From positions 5,097-69,096 of the forward strand of contig JAFDKH010000052.1 in assembly GCA_019307065.1 (NCBI GenBank): a stretch of 64,000 bases of DNA, read 5' to 3'. Below, piece by piece: positions 46,560 to 54,720 of the stretch (position 1 is the stretch's first letter; every line of letters begins with the position of its first letter). This DNA comes from Deltaproteobacteria bacterium (GTDB lineage Bacteria > Myxococcota > B64-G9). The translations under genes were made by a program, and so were the position numbers. Under the pieces are notes generated by a model. That model saw only the letters and a list, made by a program, of their open reading frames with translations. It ran no database searches and was not told where the DNA came from.

Positions 46560-46590
46560 GGTGACGACGAATTCGCGCTGATTTGACTTT
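46560..46590 (+). repeat. Direct repeat copy B (orphan gene-3'-end fragment, would read GDDEFALI-stop)
   Basis: GGTGACGACGAATTCGCGCTGATTTGACTTT, same orientation as copy A, 6001 nt downstream. It is intergenic, and its TGA lies 13 nt before the stop of the convergent HEAT gene. Confidence 0.95.
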
Positions 46591-46599
46591 CGAAGAGGG

Positions 46600-48141
46600 T
46601 TACTTGCCTGTGCGCGAAAGCCGGGCAGACAGCAGTTGGTAGTTGAAGTTAATGACCTTGAAGCGTGTGCTGCCCTTTTCTTTCTTCATCAACGCTTCGA
46701 TAGCCGCAACCGGTTTTTTCGAGCCAATCTTGTCGAAGGCAAACATGACCGCAAAACGGACGTTTTCAGAATTGTCGTTCATGATCTTGATCAAAGGCTC
46801 GATAGCCTGATCGCCGCCGATTCGTCCAAGTTCATAGGCGGCTTTTTCTCTGACTTCCGGCTGCTTGTCTGCCAGCTTGCCGATCCAACAGTTGACGTCT
46901 TGTTTGCATTGGCTATAGGCCTCAATGCGTTTAATGCTAGCCTTGACCGCTTTTTGCACAGTTACGTCTTTTTGGCTGTCGAGCAATTTCTTGAGGGCCG
47001 GCAAGACTTTGTCGGTTCCCAGGTTGCCGATCGCCTCGATCAGCGGTGCCCGAGTTTTGGGATGGTCGCCAGTCGACGCGAATTTTAGCAATTCGGGGAC
47101 AACCGAACGATCGCTGATATTGTTTATAGTGTTGGCGCAGATGGTTCGCACGTCCCATAGTTCTTCTTTGAGGTACTCCAGAGCAATCTTCAGGCCGCGC
47201 TTGTCTCCAATTGTTCCCAGGGCGTTGATCAGTCGGGTCATGACCAGCAAACGGTTGGTTTCGGCTTCCCACTTGCCGACTTTTTCGACCATTGCGAGCA
47301 GAGGTTCGACGGCTTTTTCACTGCCGATGTCGCCGAGTATCTTGGCCGCATTGCTCTCTAAGGCCCCTGCCAAAATCTCCATGTTTTCTTCGGTCAGGCG
47401 TTTAGCTTCGGAGTTCTTGCCATTCATCGTTTTAACCAACGGTTCAATGGCCGGCTCTCCAATTCTGACCAGGCCTAATCCGGCCTGGAAAAAGAAAAAA
47501 GCCTTATCCCGATACAGAGAGAGGATCAGGGAATCGACAGTCTTGGGATCTCCAATTTCACCGAGAGCAAAGATGGCGTTCATCCGGATAATCTTGTGGG
47601 TAGAAGTATCTTCCGAAAGCCTGAGCAATTCGTCGACTGCCTCGTTGGCTTTGAGTTTGCCCAGGGCACGGATGGCCGACCGGCGGACATTGGCCTCTTT
47701 GGTTGCTTTCATCAGCCGCATAAGCGGCGCGGCGGCTGATTTGTCGCCCAGACTGCCGAGGGCCGAGGCGATTTTCTGGTTAGCCCGGTTTGTCCGCTTG
47801 GCTTTGCGTCCATCCTTGTCGGGACCGACGGTCCAATCGATACCAGACAACATCGGCTTGACCGCCGATTTGGTACCCCACTTTTTAAAGATTTCAGCGA
47901 TTTTTTCCCGGTACTTGGGTTTCTTGGTGCTTTCGTTGAAAACTTCGATAAGAGCCGGTTCGGCTTTCTTATCACCAATCTGTTTCAAGTTGTCGATTGC
48001 CTTCTCTGCGAGCTCCGGATCTTTCAATGCATCCAACCAGCAGTCTACATCTTCGCCTTGTTTGCACTTTTTTTGGCAAGCGGGCAGGAGTAACAGAGAC
48101 ACGAACAGTATAGCTACGATACTTCGCCAATTCATTGGCAA
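46600..48141 (-). CDS. HEAT-repeat (PBS-lyase-like) lipoprotein
   Basis: Lipobox LLLPACQ. More than 10 HEAT-like units (VRRSAIRALGKL, IRMNAIFALGEIGDP, VREKAAYELGRIGG, VRFAVMFAFDKIG). Confidence 0.75.
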   Translation of the reverse strand: MPMNWRSIVAILFVSLLLLPACQKKCKQGEDVDCWLDALKDPELAEKAIDNLKQIGDKKAEPALIEVFNESTKKPKYREKIAEIFKKWGTKSAVKPMLSGIDWTVGPDKDGRKAKRTNRANQKIASALGSLGDKSAAAPLMRLMKATKEANVRRSAIRALGKLKANEAVDELLRLSEDTSTHKIIRMNAIFALGEIGDPKTVDSLILSLYRDKAFFFFQAGLGLVRIGEPAIEPLVKTMNGKNSEAKRLTEENMEILAGALESNAAKILGDIGSEKAVEPLLAMVEKVGKWEAETNRLLVMTRLINALGTIGDKRGLKIALEYLKEELWDVRTICANTINNISDRSVVPELLKFASTGDHPKTRAPLIEAIGNLGTDKVLPALKKLLDSQKDVTVQKAVKASIKRIEAYSQCKQDVNCWIGKLADKQPEVREKAAYELGRIGGDQAIEPLIKIMNDNSENVRFAVMFAFDKIGSKKPVAAIEALMKKEKGSTRFKVINFNYQLLSARLSRTGK

Positions 48142-48318
48142 CCACCTTTCGCAGGGTTTTCAGGCCAACTGCTTTATATTCTCAATATATGCAGTCAATA
48201 CAAAGTTCGCACTTTGTGTCAATAGGAAAAATCTAAGACAGTCTGGGACGTCTACAAAAATATCTTGAGACAATGTGGGGTTTATGGTACTTGGTGAAAA
48301 TAGGTAATTATTCGGATC

Positions 48319-49362
48319 ATGATGAGAAATTTGAATCTAAAGACATCGGGGCTATTGCTAATAGCGGCCATGCTGTTAGTTGGACCGCCCAGCAGAGCGG
48401 CCGATGACAAAGTTGCATTTTTATCCCAAAAGCTGAAGGAAGTCAGCAGCTTCAAGGTGCGTTTGAAAGCTGCGGTTCTGCTAGGGCGTATGGCTGACTT
48501 CCGGGCTGTCGAACCTCTGTCCGAGGCGCTTGACGATGAAAACTATGTTGTCAGAGGAGCGGCTGCGCGAGCCTTGGGCAACCTGGGCCATCCAATGGCG
48601 GTCAGCGCCGTAGAACCCTTGTTGGATTTAGTCAGCGATGAAGAACAATTCGTCCGCAAAGAAGCCAAACGAGCCCTGGGACGGCTGGCCGGATCCAAAT
48701 CAATCGACTACTTCATTGCCGCTTTGAGCAACGATGATGCTGGAGTACGCTTGGCTTCGGTGCACGTCTTGGCGACGATGAATGTCGCTGAAGCTCGGGT
48801 AGCCATAATCCCTGCCCTGGGCGACAATGACGAAGAAGTTCGCGCCGAAGCGATTGTGGCAATCAAGGGGTTGGGTGCCGACGAACTCGAAAAAGTGCTC
48901 GAATTGGCTCTTTCCAGGCAGGACAACTATCAGGTTCAGGCGACTGCCGCCCAGTTGGCCGGAGAGATGAAGGTTACTGCGGTCATGGACAAGCTGGCCG
49001 ATTTATTGGTCAAGGACGATGTAGTTCCGGAAGTAAAGCGAGAAGCATCTGAATCACTTGCCAACATGAAAGACCAGTTGGACATCAGCAAGCAAGTTGC
49101 CTTACTTGAGTCTGAAGATCAATCAAAGCGCGACCAGGCCATCAAGCTGCTTGGTATTCACGGAGGGCACGAAGCCGTAGATGCATTAATGGCCCTGTTG
49201 CGCAATGACGACCAATTCGTGCGTCGGCGGGCAGTGATTGCGCTGGGCGATGCCGGCGATCCCCGCTCCATTCCGGCTCTTGAGTTTCTGCTGAAAAAGG
49301 AAGAAGACCAGCGCCTCAAGCAACAGATCGAGCGTACCCTGCGGAAAATCAAACCCAGGTAG
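48319..49362 (+). CDS. Secreted HEAT-repeat (PBS-lyase-like) protein
   Basis: Signal peptide. HEAT-like units (VRGAAARALGNLGHP, VRKEAKRALGRL, VRLASVHVLA, VRAEAIVAIKGLG, VRRRAVIALGDAGDP). Confidence 0.75.
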   Translation: MMRNLNLKTSGLLLIAAMLLVGPPSRAADDKVAFLSQKLKEVSSFKVRLKAAVLLGRMADFRAVEPLSEALDDENYVVRGAAARALGNLGHPMAVSAVEPLLDLVSDEEQFVRKEAKRALGRLAGSKSIDYFIAALSNDDAGVRLASVHVLATMNVAEARVAIIPALGDNDEEVRAEAIVAIKGLGADELEKVLELALSRQDNYQVQATAAQLAGEMKVTAVMDKLADLLVKDDVVPEVKREASESLANMKDQLDISKQVALLESEDQSKRDQAIKLLGIHGGHEAVDALMALLRNDDQFVRRRAVIALGDAGDPRSIPALEFLLKKEEDQRLKQQIERTLRKIKPR

Positions 49363-49380
49363 ATGTCGGGTCTTAACTTC

Positions 49381-49725
49381 TTATTTTCTCTTTAGAATTC
49401 TTTTTCTACGAGCAACGTCAAGCAACTGACCGGTTGTAAACGAGTCGAGCCGTTTACGGTAATCTTTGTCCTCTGATTTCTTCTTGCCCGAGCTTGACGT
49501 GATAATCGTGTCGATTAGCTTGTCACGGCTGCCGAAATGCTCCTTGAGGGTCTGCTCTCGATTGAGCAAAATCAGGAGTTTCTTGTTGCTTTGGGCGCGA
49601 AGTTTGAGCTTGAGTTGATCTTTGGTCAAGTTGGCAGGACGTTTTAGTAGACTGGTAATTGCTTCAACCAGCTTGTCTTTGCTGCCATGTTGGTCTTTGG
49701 TCTGCATCAACGGTATTTTCTTCAT
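49381..49725 (-). CDS. Small basic hypothetical protein with an internal duplication
   Basis: 114 aa. Repeated segment HGSKDKLVEAITSLL / FGSRDKLIDTIITSS. Lys/Arg-rich C-terminus. Confidence 0.5.
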   Translation of the reverse strand: MKKIPLMQTKDQHGSKDKLVEAITSLLKRPANLTKDQLKLKLRAQSNKKLLILLNREQTLKEHFGSRDKLIDTIITSSSGKKKSEDKDYRKRLDSFTTGQLLDVARRKRILKRK

Positions 49726-49820
49726 GACATCACCTCTGGAAAAAAAGCATCAATGCGGGTACCATGTCCATCCTGGATAGGCAAGGAAAATTGTAGTATA
49801 TACGATATGAGGGTCTAATC

Positions 49821-50882
49821 TTGGCGCACCGAGCGGCCAGGGAGGAAGAAATAGAATATAAGGCGAAAAGTCTGATTATCTGTTTGCTGGTCGGAGCTGT
49901 CATATTCGGCAGGCTGAATGTCAATGCTGGGGAAACCGGCAAAACACATGCTTTAGATACCGATTTTGTGGTCAACGGCGATGGTTTGGTTGTTGAGATG
50001 CGGGCAGGTTCTCCGCACCGAATGTCGGGTCCGGCCATCCCGGGCGAGGTCAGATTTAGCGGAGGTTTCCTGCCCGGGTTTATGTCTTCTTGGCAGCAAC
50101 GCGAGCTGCGCGGCTTGTTTCCCGGCAGCAGCCCAAACACGGAGGCGACTGCGGTCGAACGCCTGCGAACCGATAACCTGATAGTTGTAATCGACGCCGG
50201 GCATGGCGGTAAGCAAATTGGCGCGATTGGCACGACTGGGCTGAAAGAGAAAGATCTGGTCTTGGATGTGTCGCATGTGGTCAAGGAGATCTTGAGCAAG
50301 GTGGACGGTCTGGAGGTCATCATGATACGCCAGACCGATCGGGACATTCCCTTGTGGGACCGGGTTGCGATAGCCAATCAAGTCGGCGCTGATCTTTTTA
50401 TCAGTATTCATGCGAATGCTTTTCCGAGTTCATCATTGGCGGGTGTTGAAACCTTCTTTCACTCGATTGAGGCATCCGGCGAAGAGGCCAAACGAGTGGC
50501 CAAGGCTGAGAATGCTTCCGGTGGAGTCGAGACCAAGGTGGCTCCGGACACGCTCAGTTTTATTCTGCAAGATATGCAACTGGCCGAAAGACTGCGAGAC
50601 TCGAGTCGCTTGGCTCACCTGGTACAAGAGCAGCTGGCAAAGGAATTGCCATTGGAGAACCGCGGAGTCATGCAGGCGGATTTTATCGTGCTGCGAAGTA
50701 CTCGCATGGCATCGGTGCTGATTGAGCTGGGCTTTCTGACCAACCCACGAGACGAGAAGATCCTCAAGGAAAAAAATAATCACAAAAAAATTGGGTTAGC
50801 GATTAAGCGCGGGGTACTAGCCTATTGGGATCTGATCAAAATCAAGCAAGGTCGTCAAAGAGGCGGGATCGGGGCCAAGTGA
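49821..50882 (+). CDS. N-acetylmuramoyl-L-alanine amidase (Amidase_3 family)
   Basis: VVIDAGHGGKQIGAIG, EKDLVLDV, FISIHANA and GVETFF motifs. N-terminal signal or anchor. Confidence 0.85.
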   Translation: MAHRAAREEEIEYKAKSLIICLLVGAVIFGRLNVNAGETGKTHALDTDFVVNGDGLVVEMRAGSPHRMSGPAIPGEVRFSGGFLPGFMSSWQQRELRGLFPGSSPNTEATAVERLRTDNLIVVIDAGHGGKQIGAIGTTGLKEKDLVLDVSHVVKEILSKVDGLEVIMIRQTDRDIPLWDRVAIANQVGADLFISIHANAFPSSSLAGVETFFHSIEASGEEAKRVAKAENASGGVETKVAPDTLSFILQDMQLAERLRDSSRLAHLVQEQLAKELPLENRGVMQADFIVLRSTRMASVLIELGFLTNPRDEKILKEKNNHKKIGLAIKRGVLAYWDLIKIKQGRQRGGIGAK

Positions 50883-51387
50883 GAATTGTCGTAGGCAGTC
50901 TCAATCAAGGAAAAATCGCCGAGTATCGGCGCATGTTCGATGAACTCCAGATAGAAGTCGAATCGATGCAACAGGCGGGAGTGGCGCCGGATGTTGATCT
51001 GCCCGAGGATGGAGATACTTTTTACGACAATGCCCTGTCTATGCCGGCTATGCCGGTCGCGGAAAAGAGCGTGATCGGGCTAATTTGGACAAGCTGCTTA
51101 CGGCTATGGAAGGTGTCGCCGATGAAAATCGAACGGCACACTTTGAATGCGCGATCGTTTTGCTCGGGCCGGTCGGGCAAATCGTCTCAGCTCATGGGAC
51201 TTGTCAGGGACGCATTATCCGCGCTGGGCGGGGGACCTCTGGATTCGGATATGATCCAGTATTTCTCCCGGATGGCTTTGAGCAAACCATGGCGGAACTT
51301 TCCATGGACGCCAAGAACCTGATTTCTCATCGCGGGCTGGCTTTGGCTGCCCTGATTGAAAAGGTTCGCAGGTCAAAAATCATTTAA
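50879..51387 (+). pseudogene. rdgB: dITP/XTP pyrophosphatase rdgB (Ham1 family) disrupted by an internal deletion and frameshift
   Basis: The N-terminal part VRIVVGSLNQGKIAEY...GDTFYDNAL is in frame 2 (GTG 50879, GTGA overlap with the amidase stop). The C-terminal part YAGRGKERDRANLDKLL...FECAIVL...GFGYDPVFLP...KNLISHRG is in frame 1. About 30 aa that should include the DDSGL motif are missing around 51040-51055, next to a TATGCCGG-C-TATGCCGG duplication. Confidence 0.65.
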
Positions 51388-52165
51388 TCAGACGCCGGCG
51401 TAATAGCAAATAAGCCGGGTAGATTGGCACCAAGGTTGCCCCAAGCAGCCAGCCGGCATTAACGAGCAGGTCCGGATTCAGCTGTCCCAAAAAAAGAGCC
51501 CGCGAGAGGTTGGCGGCATGAGTCAGCGGGCTGAACCAGGCAATGGTTTGGGCCCATTCCGGCAGCTGGCCCAGGGGGAAAAAGATTCCGGAGAATAAAA
51601 ACAGCGGTGTGACCACCAGGGTGAAATAGTAATTAAAAAAATCATAACTGGGACTCGCGCCAGCTACCAAGACAGCCAGGCCGCCGAACAAGATGCCGGT
51701 TATCAGCGACAAGAAGGGAATCAGCAGAACGATTGGCGAGTGAGCCAGGCCGAAAATCGATACGACTGCCAGAACTGCACAGCCGGCAGTCAGGGCTTTG
51801 ATTGAAGAGTATAAGATCTCTGCCAGGACGATCTCGGCCACGCCTACCGGCGTGGCCAGGATACCCTCGAAGGTGTGCTGCGGGACCAGGCGCGTAAATG
51901 TTCCATAGGTGCCTTCGAAAGTTGCCGCGTACATGCTGGCAGAAACCACCAAGCCCGGGGCGATGAATTGGACGTAACTCATACCTTCGACTTCAGTGAT
52001 CAGGGCACCCAGCCCATAACCTAAAGCGAGCAAATACAAAAACGGTTCGGTAAGACTGCCTAGCATGCTTGAAATCATATACTTACGCCAGACGCGTATG
52101 TTACGTCGTAGAACAGACGCAACCGCCCTGATCCGGCTCGGCGGAGCTGATCTGGCTTTGTTCAT
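51380..52165 (-). CDS. ABC-2 type exporter permease
   Basis: 261 aa with 6 hydrophobic spans. ATGA overlap with the upstream ATPase gene. Confidence 0.75.
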   Translation of the reverse strand: MNKARSAPPSRIRAVASVLRRNIRVWRKYMISSMLGSLTEPFLYLLALGYGLGALITEVEGMSYVQFIAPGLVVSASMYAATFEGTYGTFTRLVPQHTFEGILATPVGVAEIVLAEILYSSIKALTAGCAVLAVVSIFGLAHSPIVLLIPFLSLITGILFGGLAVLVAGASPSYDFFNYYFTLVVTPLFLFSGIFFPLGQLPEWAQTIAWFSPLTHAANLSRALFLGQLNPDLLVNAGWLLGATLVPIYPAYLLLRRRLIK

Positions 52166-53097
52166 TCGCGCAGCTCCCGTCCGGTAAGGTTGAGAAAAAC
52201 GTCTTCCAGGCTGGCCTTGCGAATGGTCAAAGGGATACCTTCGCGATGCAGCTTGTCGAGAAAGGCGGGCGGGAAGCTCGTCCCGGGCGGGCTGAAGTAG
52301 AACAGGCCGTCTTGGTGGTGCTCCCGACGAGCGCCGTCCGGTATGTTCATCTTTAAAAGGCGTTCGAGTACTTCTGGGTTGGTTTCTTTTAGTTCGAAGA
52401 GCTCGATCACTTCATGGCCGGCGTATCGCTCGATCAGTTCTCGCGGTGAGCCACTGGTAATGATTCGGCCGTGGTCGATGATGCTCAATCGATCGCACAG
52501 ATTCTGGGCTTCATCCATGTAATGCGTGCACAACAGCATTGTGATGCCCTGAGTTTTCAAGGCCCGCAGACGCTGCCAGATATGATGGCGAGCCTGAGGG
52601 TCGAGGCCGGTTGTCGGCTCGTCCAGAATTAGCAATTCGGGGTTATTGATTAGCGCGCGGGCAATAAGCAAGCGGCTGCGCATCCCGCCCGAGAGTTCGT
52701 TGATTTTGACCGAGGCCTTTTTTTCAAGGGTCACGAATTTGAGCAAATCAGTTGCCCGTTGTTGGGCCTGGGTTTTGGCAATACCGAAGTACGAAGCATA
52801 GACGATCAGGTTGTCGCGAACGCTGAGATCGGGATCAAGGTTGTCTTCCTGAGGGACGACTCCCAGTCTGTGTCGAATTGTTCTGCCGAACCGGGCGGCG
52901 TCCATTCCAAAAACTTTGAGTTGTCCGGCGCTGGGTGGCGATATGCAGCGTATCATCGATAAAGTCGTGGTCTTGCCGGCCCCATTGGGCCCTAGCAGCC
53001 CGTAGCATTCGCCCTGACCGACTTCAAGAGAGATACCAGCAACTGCCTGAAGCGAGGCGAAGTTTTTCTTGAGATTATTTGCGATAATTATCGACAT
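52162..53097 (-). CDS. ABC transporter ATP-binding protein (DrrA/NodI-like)
   Basis: Walker A GPNGAGKTT, signature LSGGMRSRL, Walker B LLILDEPTTGLD, H loop CTHYMDEA. Confidence 0.85.
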   Translation of the reverse strand: MSIIIANNLKKNFASLQAVAGISLEVGQGECYGLLGPNGAGKTTTLSMIRCISPPSAGQLKVFGMDAARFGRTIRHRLGVVPQEDNLDPDLSVRDNLIVYASYFGIAKTQAQQRATDLLKFVTLEKKASVKINELSGGMRSRLLIARALINNPELLILDEPTTGLDPQARHHIWQRLRALKTQGITMLLCTHYMDEAQNLCDRLSIIDHGRIITSGSPRELIERYAGHEVIELFELKETNPEVLERLLKMNIPDGARREHHQDGLFYFSPPGTSFPPAFLDKLHREGIPLTIRKASLEDVFLNLTGRELRE

Positions 53098-53112
53098 GTT
53101 CCCAACATAGTA

Positions 53113-53140
53113 AACCCGACGACTGTTGGGCCGTCGGGTT
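53113..53140 (-). terminator. Hairpin downstream of tRNA-Lys (possible terminator)
   Basis: 9-bp perfect stem AACCCGACG / CGTCGGGTT with a 10-nt loop. On the minus strand it is followed by TTTACTATGTT. Confidence 0.4.
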
Positions 53141-53146
53141 GCAAGA

Positions 53147-53219
53147 TGGGTCGTAAAGGATTCGAACCTTTGGCCCGCGGATTAAGAGTCCGCTGCTCTA
53201 CCAACTGAGCTAACGACCC
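53147..53219 (-). tRNA. tRNA-Lys (anticodon CTT)
   Basis: The reverse complement GGGTCGTTAGCTCAGTTGGTAGAGCAGCGGACTCTTAATCCGCGGGCCAAAGGTTCGAATCCTTTACGACCCA folds into a 73-nt cloverleaf with 7/4/5/5-bp stems, anticodon loop CTCTTAA and T loop TTCGAAT. CCA is not encoded. Confidence 0.95.
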
Positions 53220-53276
53220 AGTTTCTTGATGGTTTATTTGTGTGCCACTGAATTTGCGCTGTGTCAAGCGCCGTGT

Positions 53277-54161
53277 CTATTCGATTCTTAATTCCATGCC
53301 CTCGCGAGCGCCAAAGACTATCAGATCTGACTGTAATTCGATGGCGCGGTTGCGACAGGCCTTGATCTTCTTGCTCACACTTTCGTCGGACTGCAAGGGA
53401 TCGTGATGTGAGACTGCCAGACGTTTGACGCCGGCCTGAACAGCAAGGTCCACCAGGGTAGTTGCCCGCGAGTGCCCCCAGCCGATTTTAGATGTGTATT
53501 CTTCATCAGTGTACTGACCGTCGCCAATCAGCAGATCGGCGTTACGCGCGAAGTCAACAAACCGCTTGGGGATGATTCTGGCTACCTCGGAATTGGACAA
53601 GCAAACACCCTTATTTTCGAGAATTGTGTCCAACTCATTGTCACAGGCATAGACGACTTTAAAGCCTTCGGATTCGAATGAGTAGGCGATCGCCCCGCCG
53701 GGATGATTCATTTCCATGCTGTGGATTTCGATTCCGTTGATATCTGCGGAGTTGTCTTGGAGATAGCGTGGCAGGATGTGGGCGCTCAGTTCGGAGAAAT
53801 TGACCGGGAAGTAGTCAGATTGCATTTGACCGGAGAGTAGTTCAAAAGAACGCGTATCGCCGGCGGATGATCCATATACGTAAAAAGTGTTTTCAACGAT
53901 ATAAGCCGGCACGAAGAAGGGGAAGCCCTGGATGTGATCCCAGTGAGTGTGGCTGAAGAACATGTGGCCGACGATCTTTTCTAGCCCGCGGGTCATTAGA
54001 TCTAGTCCGAGTTCGCGCAAACCGGAACCGCCGTCACAGATGATCAAAATGTCGCCAATTCGGATTTCTACACAGGAGGTATTTCCGCCGTAAACCTGCG
54101 TTCGATATCCAGGAGTGGGAATAGAACCGCGAGTTCCCCAGAATTTCACGAAGAAATCCAT
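53277..54161 (-). CDS. MBL-fold metallo-hydrolase
   Basis: HTHWDHIQG (HxHxDH) motif, plus downstream His/Asp ligands (NHPGG, DNELD, SHHD). Start set at ATG 54161, which shares one nt with the FHA gene stop (TGATG). Confidence 0.8.
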   Translation of the reverse strand: MDFFVKFWGTRGSIPTPGYRTQVYGGNTSCVEIRIGDILIICDGGSGLRELGLDLMTRGLEKIVGHMFFSHTHWDHIQGFPFFVPAYIVENTFYVYGSSAGDTRSFELLSGQMQSDYFPVNFSELSAHILPRYLQDNSADINGIEIHSMEMNHPGGAIAYSFESEGFKVVYACDNELDTILENKGVCLSNSEVARIIPKRFVDFARNADLLIGDGQYTDEEYTSKIGWGHSRATTLVDLAVQAGVKRLAVSHHDPLQSDESVSKKIKACRNRAIELQSDLIVFGAREGMELRIE

Positions 54162-54541
54162 CAAGCGCCCTCGCAATATTTCAAGATAACATTGCCGGCC
54201 TGGATCGTGTCACCATCTTTCAAAATGGCAGAGTGGATTTTTACTCCGTTCAGATAGACGCCGTTATGGCTGTTCAAATCAAGGCACGAATACTCGGGAC
54301 CTATCTTTCTAAAAAGGAGATGACGTCGGGATACCTCGTTGGAGTCGATTCGAATATCTGCTTCTTTTGCGCGACCCATGACCATGGATTCTTCACCGAG
54401 GACGAACCCTTGCGGGGCACCCGGCCCTTCGGTCTGTTTCAGGACACAGGGTCGTTTTCTTTTGGTCTGGGTTATCTGCTTGACGTCGGTCAAGCCGGAC
54501 ATTGTCGTTTCGTCCCATTCGAATTCTTCTTCTTTGCCCAT
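54161..54541 (-). CDS. Small FHA-domain protein
   Basis: 126 aa. FHA signature MVMGRAKEADIRIDSNEVSRRHLLF...CLDLNSHNGVYLNGVKI. Confidence 0.8.
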   Translation of the reverse strand: MGKEEEFEWDETTMSGLTDVKQITQTKRKRPCVLKQTEGPGAPQGFVLGEESMVMGRAKEADIRIDSNEVSRRHLLFRKIGPEYSCLDLNSHNGVYLNGVKIHSAILKDGDTIQAGNVILKYCEGA

Positions 54542-54660
54542 GACCCGCCTTCATGTGAAATCGCGTTATTCTTCTTTACATTTTATAACTGGTGTCAAGT
54601 CAAGGCAAAAGTATGAGAACGGGGTAACTTTCTTGGGGACCTGAAAGTTATATCTTGCAC

Positions 54661-54706
54661 TTGACAACAACGTATGCTTACTATATATCAAGATATTGAG
54701 ATATAT
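54661..54706 (+). promoter_or_regulatory. Candidate sigma-70 promoter and AT-rich imperfect palindrome (possible ArsR-type operator)
   Basis: TTGACA (54661-54666) with a TATATA-like -10 about 15-17 nt downstream. 24-nt palindrome ATATATCaagATATtgaGATATAT (54683-54706), 14 nt upstream of ATG 54721. Confidence 0.3.
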
Positions 54707-54720
54707 GTATCGAGGGATAT

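Larger units (their letters stand above)
40586..46590 (+). mobile_element. Putative horizontally acquired 6.0-kb genomic island bounded by the 31-bp direct repeats; no recombinase seen
   Basis: Direct repeats at both ends. G+C of sampled 60-nt lines is 63-68% inside (41941, 43021, 44401) and 50% outside (22621, 39661, 47521). Long spurious alternative-frame ORFs are concentrated here. Confidence 0.45.

Noticed and set aside
46925-48268. 447-aa plus-strand ORF, and the 46636-47088 ORF, opposite the HEAT-repeat lipoprotein gene.
   Set aside because: They are Ser/Leu/Arg-rich with no motifs. The minus-strand frame has a lipobox and regular HEAT repeats, so the plus-strand frames are antisense artefacts.
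49730-50411. Minus-strand ORFs (215 aa and 152 aa) opposite the amidase gene; similarly 19288-19821 opposite FHA-1 and 38154-38699 opposite lpxH-like/trmB.
   Set aside because: They are antisense to CDSs with clear catalytic or domain motifs. They have low-complexity composition and no start context.
51380-53276. Possible genomic island integrated at tRNA-Lys (ABC-2 exporter genes downstream of the tRNA 3' end).
   Set aside because: I found no second copy of the tRNA 3' end and no recombinase. The only 11-nt match to the T-arm (AGGATTCGAAC at about 26835) lies inside the PBP1A coding sequence and is best explained by chance.
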